A DNA stretch of 64,000 nt. Origin: Candidatus Promineifilaceae bacterium. GTDB taxonomy: Bacteria > Chloroflexota > Anaerolineae > Promineifilales > Promineifilaceae. Of the stretch, positions 1 through 8,459 are shown one piece after another. The notes under the pieces were generated by a model. It had not been told where the DNA came from and made no database searches. It saw only the letters and a list, made by a program, of their open reading frames with translations. Within the stretch, counting starts at the first letter, position 1. The number at the start of each line of letters is the position of its first letter. Made by a program: the position numbers and the translations under genes. The stretch spans positions 16,098 to 80,097 of the forward strand of contig JBJYWZ010000663.1 of the NCBI GenBank assembly GCA_046259725.1. The letters are read 5' to 3'.

Positions 1-113
1 AGACGGTGGCTCATTTGCCAGCGCCAGTCCAACCACTGTTCATCGGGTACGTCTTGCCAGTAGGGCGCTCGTGTGTGGACCTTGTCCATTTCCTGCAAAT
101 CTGTATTACTCAT
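1..113 (-). CDS. Lysine 2,3-aminomutase (KamA) family radical-SAM protein, N-terminal fragment running off the window edge
   Basis: Not in the ORF track because there is no stop in the window. Minus-strand ATG at 113-111 reads MSNTDLQEMDKVHTRAPYWQDVPDEQWLDWRWQMSHR. The W-x-DVP-x-E-x-W-x-DW-x-WQ pattern is the characteristic KamA N-terminus. Only 37 codons are visible. Confidence 0.5.
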   Translation of the reverse strand, partial: MSNTDLQEMDKVHTRAPYWQDVPDEQWLDWRWQMSHR

Positions 114-322
114 GGTTGGTTCTTCCTGATTTGTGCTCGTAATATGAAATCCTGCTGCCGAATATTCGAGAAATCGAGAGACTCTGCGGCGGTAAAACTA
201 ATCTCACTTGCTATGTTTCATAATGTGAAACATCGTTTCATATTTGTACTGATTATAGCCCAGTTGTTATTCACATGCACGATAACAATCTTTGTTCACG
301 GCCGCTGCCAGGGAGCGTATCA

Positions 323-1600
323 TCACCCGGAAGAGGAAAGCATCTCAATCATTTTTTGCTGCCTGAACAATACGACCGTACCCAGTAGGAGCAACAAAGT
401 CCCGGCCAGGCCGATAAAGCTGACCAGTAGATATTGGCCCTGGGCGAAAAATATGCCAGTTAGAAAACTCGCCGCACCGCTTCCAAGGGCGACTAACATT
501 TCGCTGGCGCCTTGCGCACGCCCGCGTTCCTGCTGGGCCAGAGCATCTGAGAGCAGCGTGGATCCTGCTACAAAACAGAAGTTCCAGCCCAGACCAAGCA
601 GAAATAGGGCCAGGCCTAGAATGGGGACGCGCAAAGAGAGCGGGGCTAATACACAGGAGGACATAAGCACGGCCGTACCGGCAACAATCATCTGGATTCT
701 GCCAAAGCGATCGATCAACCAGCCGGTGAACCAGGAGAGACCAAACATGCCCAACGTATGTGCCATAATGACGCCGGAGATGGCCGTTGTCGAATGATCA
801 TGCCGGTTCATGTGTAATGGGGTAATAACCATTAACATGGCCATGACAAAGTAGCTGAGCACCATAGACAGGACGGCCAACTGAACCATTGGCGCAGCGA
901 AAATCTCGCGCAGCGGACGGCCGTCAGCGGCGGTATTCTCGATGTTTTGCGGATCTTCAGCCGCTTCCTGATCGGCGATCCCCTGCCCAAGCTGCTGTGG
1001 ATCGGGGCGCAGGAACAGGAAGACCACGCTGATCGTGATTATCAGGAGAAGTGCTGAAACTACAAATGGACCTGCCCACTCAGACCTGCCCATGCTGCTC
1101 ATCCAGCCGGTGCTCAATGGAACAAGGAGAGGGCCGAGAATGGCGCCGATTGTTCCGGCAGAAACGATGATTCCTATTACTTTCGCTCTGCGGCTGAACG
1201 AGAAAACTTCAGCCCCGATATAGCGACTTTGATCGCTGGCCGCGCGCGCCATTCCCAGAAGCAGGGCGCCGGCCATAAAGACCCTGAAATTCATCATGCT
1301 CACAGCCCAAACTGAGATGATGCTGCCCAGGACAGCGATCGCATAGCCCAAACTGAGTGACAATCGACGGCCTATACGATCCATCAGGTAGCCAAAGGGT
1401 ACGGCGAAAGCGGCGCGTCCGACAAGACCCAGCGTGTTCGGCCATCCTGCGGCGATATCATTTCCAGACAGCTCCGCTGCAATAATTGGTGACAGGGTGA
1501 AAGTGGCGATCATGCTGGCGGAAAAGAGCCCGGAGGAGGTGAACAGGACTGCAACAATGCGCTCTTGTACCCGTCGTAAAGATTGATCGATTGCGCTCAT
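323..1600 (-). CDS. MFS transporter
   Basis: 425-aa ORF that is hydrophobic throughout (about 12 helices). MFS loop motif GYLMDRIGRR lies after TM2. ATG start at 1600. Confidence 0.85.
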   Translation of the reverse strand: MSAIDQSLRRVQERIVAVLFTSSGLFSASMIATFTLSPIIAAELSGNDIAAGWPNTLGLVGRAAFAVPFGYLMDRIGRRLSLSLGYAIAVLGSIISVWAVSMMNFRVFMAGALLLGMARAASDQSRYIGAEVFSFSRRAKVIGIIVSAGTIGAILGPLLVPLSTGWMSSMGRSEWAGPFVVSALLLIITISVVFLFLRPDPQQLGQGIADQEAAEDPQNIENTAADGRPLREIFAAPMVQLAVLSMVLSYFVMAMLMVITPLHMNRHDHSTTAISGVIMAHTLGMFGLSWFTGWLIDRFGRIQMIVAGTAVLMSSCVLAPLSLRVPILGLALFLLGLGWNFCFVAGSTLLSDALAQQERGRAQGASEMLVALGSGAASFLTGIFFAQGQYLLVSFIGLAGTLLLLLGTVVLFRQQKMIEMLSSSG

Positions 1601-1786
1601 CTGGTTCTGTATCTATATAATCAGTGACGCTGCTGCTGACAGCTTCTGCGCGGCCCTTTTGAGTCTAAAAAGCGTGTGCTAAAATCAAATTTTCAGGGAA
1701 TCTGGCGTACTGCTTGCAGCAGCATACCATGTTCGAGCAGGCTCATATTATAAGAGCACACACGAATTGTACCAATTCTGGCTGCC

Positions 1787-2443
1787 ATGATTGATAACAG
1801 CGACGAGTTCACGCAAAAACGCGAACGAATGGTCAGAGAACAGATCGCGGGCCGGGGGATAGAGGATACGGCCGTACTGCGCGCGATGCGCATTGTCCCC
1901 CGGGAAATATTCGTGCCCGAACGATACCGGCGCTACGCGTATGATGACACGCCCCTGCCCATACCGGGGAAACAGACGATTTCACAACCTTATGTTGTAG
2001 CCCTGATGATCAGCCGGCTTGAGCTGGATGCAGATGATTGCGTCCTGGAAATAGGTACCGGATCCGGCTATGCTGCGGCACTGTTGGGCCAGATCGTGCG
2101 AGAGGTGCATACGGTGGAACGCATCATGGAGCTCGTCAAATATGCTCGCGAGCGTCTGGAACTGCTGGGCTACGATAACATACACGTCCACCGCGGTGAC
2201 GGCACGCTCGGCTGGGAGCCGGAAGCGCCGTATGACGGCATCATCGTGGCTGCTGGGGGACCATCCGTGCCCGAATCTTTGAAGCGCCAGCTTGCGGAAA
2301 ACGGGCGCCTGATAATTCCTGTCGGCCGTTCTGAGCGCCAACAGAATCTCATCCGCGTGATCAAGTCAGGTGAAGACAAGTTCGAGGAATCAGACCTGGG
2401 CGCCGTAGCCTTTGTGCCGCTGATAGGCGACGAAGGCTGGTAA
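1787..2443 (+). CDS. pcm: Protein-L-isoaspartate O-methyltransferase
   Basis: 218 aa. QTISQPYVVALM and the SAM-binding VLEIGTGSGYAAALL motifs are typical of Pcm. Confidence 0.9.
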   Translation: MIDNSDEFTQKRERMVREQIAGRGIEDTAVLRAMRIVPREIFVPERYRRYAYDDTPLPIPGKQTISQPYVVALMISRLELDADDCVLEIGTGSGYAAALLGQIVREVHTVERIMELVKYARERLELLGYDNIHVHRGDGTLGWEPEAPYDGIIVAAGGPSVPESLKRQLAENGRLIIPVGRSERQQNLIRVIKSGEDKFEESDLGAVAFVPLIGDEGW

Positions 2444-2445
2444 AT

Positions 2446-3108
2446 TTAGAAAGGCCAGAGCTGGAGTATTAGCATTGCTGTCGCCGTGACGGTCAAGTTG
2501 TCCACACCCCAGATAGAAATCGCCTCAACCAGAGTCGTGGCCAGAGCGACGACGAGCGCCGGAGAAACGGCGGCGATTGGCGTTACCTCAGGCATGCCGG
2601 GCATCATCCACAATGCCAGCCACGTGCCAACAGCCGTTGCAACGAAGAACCCCGTTGATCCTTCAAGCGTGCGTTTGCTGGTGTGGACCCAGTATTCGCG
2701 GGTTCCATACCTGCCGATCACCGGAGCAAGACCGTCACCAAGCGTCAAGGGCATCAACGCAGCCACCATCAAAGGGGGCGTGTCCCAGAAAACATAGACA
2801 ACCGCAGCGGCGGCCAGAGGAAAGTAAACGGTGCCCAGATTCTGGGGGTTACTGCTGGCCATAGACTGAAAGAAGCCATAACGCCAGTCAAGGAAGGTAA
2901 GCACGGCGAATGCAAAGCAGGTCAGGATGATGGGCCAGGGAGAAGTGAAGATGAAAGGAGCGACCCAAAAAAGCAAGCCAACGCCTACGTGAATGACTTT
3001 TCGCGTGAAAGAGTTGCTGTACCTGCGCCATTTACGCAGGAATTCCGTCAATCCGATGAGGGCAAAGATATAAGCCGTACAAAGTACTAATCCAATCCAG
3101 GTATTCAC
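2446..3108 (-). CDS. CTP-dependent polyprenol (dolichol/phytol) kinase family membrane protein
   Basis: 220-aa multi-pass protein. RKVIHVGVG, LGDGLAPVIGRYG...KRTLEGSTGFF and EAISIWGVDNL motifs resemble the SEC59/VTE5/phosphatidate-cytidylyltransferase superfamily. Confidence 0.65.
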   Translation of the reverse strand: MNTWIGLVLCTAYIFALIGLTEFLRKWRRYSNSFTRKVIHVGVGLLFWVAPFIFTSPWPIILTCFAFAVLTFLDWRYGFFQSMASSNPQNLGTVYFPLAAAAVVYVFWDTPPLMVAALMPLTLGDGLAPVIGRYGTREYWVHTSKRTLEGSTGFFVATAVGTWLALWMMPGMPEVTPIAAVSPALVVALATTLVEAISIWGVDNLTVTATAMLILQLWPF

Positions 3109-3182
3109 GATCTATGGCCAGGAAATCATAACAGCAGGATACATGGCTACTTTACGCATCCGCTGACTTCTCGTTTCCAGTT

Positions 3183-4112
3183 TTATACAATCAGGTGGTC
3201 GTACAGCATATCCAGGCTGAGGTCGGGAACCACGGACTCCGGACATTGCAGCGTCAGGCTTGCTGCGGCAGCCCCCAGGCGCATGCATTCCAGGGTTGGC
3301 AGGTCATTGAGCATGCCGAACATAACTGCCGCCGTGACGGCATCGCCTGTCCCTGTTGAATCAACATGTTTGCTGTAAGAAGGTGGGATATAGCCGGTTT
3401 CGCTGCTGGTGGCGTAGTCAAGTCCAAAATCGGACAGTGTGATCACAACGTGGTCCACACCCATGTTAACCAGCCGGCGAGCCTGGGCAAGACTGGTATC
3501 AGGGCTGTAGCCTGCGAAATCGATATCCAGTAATCTTGCTTCTTCGACCTCATTAGGCACCAGGAGATGCAGGTGGGAGAGATACGGTCGAAGTTTGTGG
3601 GCGAGCCTGGCTGAGGAAGGGTCGGCGCATAATGGGATGTCATATTTTTCAGCGAGACGAACGGCCGTTTTCAGAGCAGATTCGGTCAGGCTGCCGTCAA
3701 CCATGATCATGTCTGCATCGCGAAACAAGCGCCGCAGCCCGTTCAGGTACGCCGGCGTGATGACCTCCATCACACGAGCATCATCCAGGGCCACAGACAG
3801 GCCGCCGTTACTGTCCAACAAAGCCATATAGGCACCGGAGTTTGCGCCGGAAACTGTCAGCGCGTATTCCAGGTTGACGCCTGAACTGCCGGTCTGCTCC
3901 ATCAAATGCTGACCGGTTGCATCGTCACCGACAGCCGTGATTAACAATACCTCCGCTCCTAATCGCGCCAGGTTTTCGGCCACGTTTCTTGCCGTTCCAC
4001 CACGCGAATAGCGGATAATGGCCGGATTGGATGATCCTGGTTCGAGACCCGCTTGCGGTATACCTTTTGCATCGAGAAGTGCGCCGCCAATAGCGAGGAT
4101 GTGGCTTCCCAT
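3183..4112 (-). CDS. PfkB-family sugar/nucleoside kinase (pseudouridine-kinase-like)
   Basis: 309 aa. N-terminal GGTARNVAENLARLG and C-terminal DSTGTGDAVTAA (PfkB signature). The substrate cannot be assigned from sequence. Confidence 0.8.
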   Translation of the reverse strand: MGSHILAIGGALLDAKGIPQAGLEPGSSNPAIIRYSRGGTARNVAENLARLGAEVLLITAVGDDATGQHLMEQTGSSGVNLEYALTVSGANSGAYMALLDSNGGLSVALDDARVMEVITPAYLNGLRRLFRDADMIMVDGSLTESALKTAVRLAEKYDIPLCADPSSARLAHKLRPYLSHLHLLVPNEVEEARLLDIDFAGYSPDTSLAQARRLVNMGVDHVVITLSDFGLDYATSSETGYIPPSYSKHVDSTGTGDAVTAAVMFGMLNDLPTLECMRLGAAAASLTLQCPESVVPDLSLDMLYDHLIV

Positions 4113-4150
4113 TTGAATTCCCTCCAGCCTTCTGTAAATGTTACTATTTC

Positions 4151-5563
4151 TTAATCGGCCGAATCAGGACCATCATCATCGCTAATCGCGTCATGATCCT
4201 CGTACGGCATTTCTGTGAAATGGGCCGGATAACTGCCGCCCAAATCTGAAGCTACTTGAAGCTGATTTTGCAGAAGCTGCAATCGCGGCATGAGTTGTGC
4301 CGGTAGCGGCACCTCTCCTTCAGATTCCAGGGCCATTTTTTCCATAGCCTCAATGGACCGTATGGCGATAATCTCGGCAAATGTTCCCTGGTAACCCTGC
4401 TGGTGAGCCTGTGCCATACCTTCGGCGATAGCCTTGAACAGTTCAATCCCGGCATCTGCTCGTGCCAGTTCCATTTCTTCCTCAGCGACAGCATCTCCTT
4501 CAGCCAAAGTGCGCCGTTTCTGGCTGTCCCAATAGCTGCGCCAATATTGAATGTGCAGGTCTGTCACATCGTCGGGGAAGTGGAACCCGCCAATACGCAC
4601 ACGCATCAAATCGATCCCTTTTTCACGAAGCTTTATTTTCGCCGCGCGTTCTACACTACGACTGATCGTAAGGTGCGCGCCAATTTCCGTTTGTTCATCT
4701 TGGAGCAGTTCGTTGAGCGAGAAGGATCCTATGGTGGCCGTCAGCGCGCCCTTTACCGCACCGAGAGCTTCCGTTTGCCAATCGCTCGTTTTCCCCCCGG
4801 GTAGATTGGTCTGGCTGTAAGTAATCTCGCGCAGCGTATCGTGGTCGTATGGATAAGGCTGCTGTACGGATGGCACCATATCGGGAGCGCGAACACGAAA
4901 AGTGACACTCACTTCTGTGACTATTTCCAGTCCCTCCCTGGAGCGTAATCTAACCTCCGGGTCGGTACGGTCTTGTGGTCGAAGGTCATACAGCGTGTGA
5001 ACATACTCGAAGCGGTCAAGGGCGTGTTCCCCCGGTCCAATTACGCGGTAATACCGTCCGTTTATTTCAGTGACGGCAGCGTGCCCGATTGGAAGCACGA
5101 TTCGCCCCGGGCCACCGACGCGCAAACGGGCGGATTCCAGTCGTTTTGCTTCAAGATCACTGGGCGATGCAATTACTGTCGCACCCCTGGATAAACGCGG
5201 ATCACGCAGCCGCCGTAAGAAACCACGCGCTTTTTCCCGATCCGGCAAATTGTAGAGATGGTACACAAGGTTGGTTGCGATTTCATAAGCGAGTAACCAG
5301 CCCAGTAAGATTGGAATGAAGTGACGCAGCACACGGGGCAGAAATATGGTGGCAAAATTCAATCCCCAGGCGGGAACAATCTGCAATATTGATAGGGGCA
5401 GGTCTTCCGGCTGGACCACGATTCGTTCCATTTGCCAGACGAAGATCCAATAAGCCACAAGGAGGAATACCAAGAACAACAGGTACAGGGTTCGTTTTGA
5501 AGGCAGTCGTCTGCTGCGCTGGCTTGTGCTTCTCTGGCTCTGGGACGTCTCGCTAGCCGACAC
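4151..5563 (-). CDS. Membrane-anchored SPFH/band-7-like protein (paralog B)
   Basis: The ORF track extends to 5800, but that extension overlaps the upstream gene and is Arg/Ser-rich. An in-frame GTG at 5563 overlaps the upstream stop (5553-5555). It gives a basic N-terminus, two hydrophobic helices and then an SPFH-like core (EGLEIVTEVSVTFRV ... GIDLMRVRIGGFHFPDDV). Start is uncertain; an ATG alternative at 5431 would remove the first helix. Confidence 0.6.
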   Translation of the reverse strand: MSASETSQSQRSTSQRSRRLPSKRTLYLLFLVFLLVAYWIFVWQMERIVVQPEDLPLSILQIVPAWGLNFATIFLPRVLRHFIPILLGWLLAYEIATNLVYHLYNLPDREKARGFLRRLRDPRLSRGATVIASPSDLEAKRLESARLRVGGPGRIVLPIGHAAVTEINGRYYRVIGPGEHALDRFEYVHTLYDLRPQDRTDPEVRLRSREGLEIVTEVSVTFRVRAPDMVPSVQQPYPYDHDTLREITYSQTNLPGGKTSDWQTEALGAVKGALTATIGSFSLNELLQDEQTEIGAHLTISRSVERAAKIKLREKGIDLMRVRIGGFHFPDDVTDLHIQYWRSYWDSQKRRTLAEGDAVAEEEMELARADAGIELFKAIAEGMAQAHQQGYQGTFAEIIAIRSIEAMEKMALESEGEVPLPAQLMPRLQLLQNQLQVASDLGGSYPAHFTEMPYEDHDAISDDDGPDSAD

Positions 5564-6836
5564 TGTTATTATCCTCTGGTACCGATGGAGGCTGGGACAC
5601 TTGCAGCTGAGTGGAAGATTCCATGGCCAGGCTGGCCAGAACCTGGCTGGAGAGATACGTCTGCGAAGAGTCTTTTGGCAAAGCGTCGATAATACGAAGG
5701 GTGACAATTTGCGGGAGGTCTGCCTGTTCTCCCTGCCGTATCTCATCGATACTCTGCATGATCTTCTCGATGATTTCAACCTGGGCCCTGGCTTTGGCAA
5801 ATTTGACTATCTTTAATGCTTCCGCGTCACCCAGGGCAGCCCGCGCGCGTATTTGACTCTGCCAGGGTGCACGCCAGTTTTCCAGACGTTGGGCAATGAT
5901 TTCATCCGGCAGCTTCTTCGGCTCCACCTTCACGCCGTGAACTTTAATGCCGTATTGATCAAATGCTGTGCGCAGTTGGCGACGAACACGCTGCTGTATC
6001 CCATTTAATATCGCGGGGTCCTGCCACAGTTCATCAAGCGTGAACTGGGCGATCTCGCTGATCATGTAGCTTGTAGCCTGGGGCGCCAACTGCTCGCTCC
6101 ATGGACGCGGCTTGTTATCCTGATCAAATGTATTGAGCTGGCTTGCCCATAATACGGCCGAGCTGCTGTAGGGATATTCCAGATGATCGTCAGGATGATC
6201 GCTTTCTGACTGCTTCACCTGGAAGGTGACGCCAACGCTCGTTTCAATCGGTATGCCGTCGCGTGTGTTTGCGATGGCCGTGGCTTTACGCTTATGCAAA
6301 CGCAGATCTATAGGCTGAAACGGCACTTCCCCAAACTTTAGCTGGACAAATCCGGGCCCCATCGCGCGAAGATTTGTGTTGTCGTCTCTGCCGACCACAA
6401 TAGATTGGTGGCTTGGCACCATACCCGCTCCCAACGTCCTGAAGCTCGGACTGGGGGAATTGGGATCAATTACAATCTTTTTGCGAGCAATTCCGGAGCC
6501 CTGTTGAACTGAGGCTGAAGGGCCGAAAAGCAAAGCTGCTCTCAGCATCATGGCGATGCCTTTTAGCCAGTTCTCCCCCTCGTGATGGGGCAGTACAAAT
6601 TGGGCATAGTAAATGATTCCAAAAGCTAAGGAAAAAATGGCGACTACAAACCAGACAACGGCTATGAACCAGCCATAAGGCACACCTCGGTAATCCTCAA
6701 AAAACAACCCTGCCACGATTGGAAGAGCGAATATGAGCAAAATGAGCACAAGTGCGCCATTTCTCGACTGCTGCTTGGCTTGAGATTTGGATTTCGCCAC
6801 GGTTTGCACCTGAAGCGGCAGCGTTGTAACTGCCAT
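5553..6836 (-). CDS. Membrane-anchored SPFH/band-7-like protein (paralog A)
   Basis: Likely ATG at 6836 (MAVTTLPLQ...). Two hydrophobic helices, then an SPFH-like core (RDGIPIETSVGVTFQV ... YGIKVHGVKVEPKKLPDEIIAQ) and a helical tail. Architecture is colinear with the downstream gene. Confidence 0.6.
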   Translation of the reverse strand: MAVTTLPLQVQTVAKSKSQAKQQSRNGALVLILLIFALPIVAGLFFEDYRGVPYGWFIAVVWFVVAIFSLAFGIIYYAQFVLPHHEGENWLKGIAMMLRAALLFGPSASVQQGSGIARKKIVIDPNSPSPSFRTLGAGMVPSHQSIVVGRDDNTNLRAMGPGFVQLKFGEVPFQPIDLRLHKRKATAIANTRDGIPIETSVGVTFQVKQSESDHPDDHLEYPYSSSAVLWASQLNTFDQDNKPRPWSEQLAPQATSYMISEIAQFTLDELWQDPAILNGIQQRVRRQLRTAFDQYGIKVHGVKVEPKKLPDEIIAQRLENWRAPWQSQIRARAALGDAEALKIVKFAKARAQVEIIEKIMQSIDEIRQGEQADLPQIVTLRIIDALPKDSSQTYLSSQVLASLAMESSTQLQVSQPPSVPEDNNSVG

Positions 6837-6982
6837 AAATTGCACTGCAAATTGTATGCAAACTATACCATACTTGGGTTGCGTATGAGAAACTTGCGCA
6901 TATTCCCGCGCGCCGCATTGCCCTATAGTCAGGCGGTCAGCCAGCCGCATAGTAAGCCAAGATTGGTCTAATCTGGGAACGA

Positions 6983-7010
6983 TTGACGCCCTAAAGAAGG
7001 TTGCTATAAT
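6983..7010 (+). promoter_or_regulatory. Sigma-70-type promoter for tRNA-Val
   Basis: TTGACG (6983-6988), a 16-nt spacer, then TATAAT (7005-7010), 12 nt upstream of the mature tRNA 5' end. Confidence 0.5.
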
Positions 7011-7022
7011 TCGTGCTCCGTG

Positions 7023-7099
7023 GGGCGGTTAGCTCAGTTGGTCAGAGCGCTACGTTGACATCGTAGAGGTCACAAGTTCGAGTCTTGTACCGCCCACCA
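7023..7099 (+). tRNA. tRNA-Val (anticodon GAC), CCA encoded
   Basis: Hand-folded cloverleaf. Acceptor GGGCGGT/ACCGCCC, D stem GCTC/GAGC. Anticodon stem CTACG/CGTAG with loop TTGACAT. T stem ACAAG/CTTGT with loop TTCGAGT. Discriminator A plus CCA. Confidence 0.95.
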
Positions 7100-7105
7100 T
7101 AATAT

Positions 7106-7130
7106 AAAAAGCCGCGTGAGCGGCTTTTTT
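7106..7130 (+). terminator. Rho-independent terminator after tRNA-Val
   Basis: AAAAA-GCCGC-GTGA-GCGGC-TTTTTT hairpin with a T-run, immediately after the tRNA. Confidence 0.8.
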
Positions 7131-7157
7131 GTTTTGTGGATTACGTATATTATTGGT

Positions 7158-8342
7158 TCAGGTTGACTGGGCCGCATCTATGAGGTGAAAACGCGGTTTT
7201 TCAGCCGGTACGAAGGCGGGATCGCCCCATCGCGTACGGCGCAATCCCTGGTCCATGACGAACCATAACGAACGAGTCAACAGCGGGTTTTTAAACCAGT
7301 AGGCAGTGCGCGCCAACCGCGTGCGCAGATCAAGCTGCTGGAAAAGTGGATAGTCTAGAAGCTGCTGGCGATAGCCGGCAAAGCTGAAGTCGCTGCGGGA
7401 GAATGCGTCTTCGATAGCTGTAGTCGCGACCTCGCCATAGCCGAGCGCAAAGGAAATGCCTTCACCCAACAGCGGGTCTGCGCCGGCGGCATCGCCAACC
7501 AACAATACGCGCGGCATTGAGAAATGGTTGTCACGGCTCCACCAGCGAATGGGATGGCCCTTCAGTTTGTAGTCATCAAGATCTCTGCCTCGTTCTGCCA
7601 TCGAACGGCGCAGTATATCCTTCAGATCCGCCTTTGGTCGCTCCGATCGTGCGCGGCTGTCGAACAGCCCGCGGTTCATGAAAGGTTGGCCGTTAACAAG
7701 GCTGGGGAAATCCCAGTAATAGCCCTGTAATCCATCGACCATCGGCGTGAAGTCGAATACGGCAACATGATTACGAAATTCCGGCTGCACGGCCGCATTT
7801 TCCGGCGTCAATACTTCCATGAGGCGCGCGACGTGTGAGTCGCCGGGCCACTTTAGTTTGCGGCGTATGAAGCTGCGTGAGCCGTCAGCCGCCACGAGCA
7901 CTTTGGCGTGGAAAATGCCTTTCTCCGTCTCTACTTCGATATAATCCGCATGCCGCGTAACATTCAGCACCGCCTCGCCCTGGCGCACGCGAACGCCGAG
8001 CTTTTCGGCCGTTTGCACCAGCCAATGATCAAACTGATCGCGCCGTGTTATGCGGAAAACAGGATCGCCAAAGAACGAATAGCTCTGGTCCTGGTATAAC
8101 AGGCGTGCCTCTTTAATCTCGAAGTTTGGAATTTCAAAGGGCAAGCCGAGACGCGCAAGTATATTTTGGCCCAGGTGCGTGACGCCGCCGCCGCACAGTT
8201 TCTCGCGAGGGTGGATCGCCTTATCCACGATGACGATACGTTCCGCCCAGGACGGATTTTGCCTCACCAAATGAAGCGCCGTCGACGTTCCAGAAGGTCC
8301 TGAGCCAACTATCAGTACATCAACATTTTCAATCTGAGACAT
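7158..8342 (-). CDS. FAD-dependent oxidoreductase, geranylgeranyl-reductase family
   Basis: 394 aa. N-terminal dinucleotide fold VLIVGSGPSGTSTA, the LCGGG motif and a GD(A)AG-type motif LLVGDAAGADPLLGEGI. Confidence 0.8.
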   Translation of the reverse strand: MSQIENVDVLIVGSGPSGTSTALHLVRQNPSWAERIVIVDKAIHPREKLCGGGVTHLGQNILARLGLPFEIPNFEIKEARLLYQDQSYSFFGDPVFRITRRDQFDHWLVQTAEKLGVRVRQGEAVLNVTRHADYIEVETEKGIFHAKVLVAADGSRSFIRRKLKWPGDSHVARLMEVLTPENAAVQPEFRNHVAVFDFTPMVDGLQGYYWDFPSLVNGQPFMNRGLFDSRARSERPKADLKDILRRSMAERGRDLDDYKLKGHPIRWWSRDNHFSMPRVLLVGDAAGADPLLGEGISFALGYGEVATTAIEDAFSRSDFSFAGYRQQLLDYPLFQQLDLRTRLARTAYWFKNPLLTRSLWFVMDQGLRRTRWGDPAFVPAEKPRFHLIDAAQST

Positions 8343-8459
8343 AAACGATTCGTGGTTACCTGATCTTGAATTAGGAGTGAACCGATTTCAGGCGCCACTC
8401 TATCGAGTTTAAACCAGGATGCCTCGAAATGCTATTTTTGATTGATTTTTCAAACGAGA

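Noticed and set aside
6-797. 263-aa plus-strand ORF at the left end
   Set aside because: It lies antisense to the well-supported MFS transporter (323-1600) and crosses the kamA-like start region. The translation is Arg/Pro/Ser-rich with no motif, so it is a typical shadow ORF of a GC-rich gene.
5564-5800. N-terminal 79 codons of the 549-aa ORF 4151..5800
   Set aside because: This extension overlaps the 3' end of the upstream SPFH-like gene by about 250 nt and is Arg/Ser/Cys-rich. An in-frame GTG at 5563 gives a start that mirrors the paralog's architecture.
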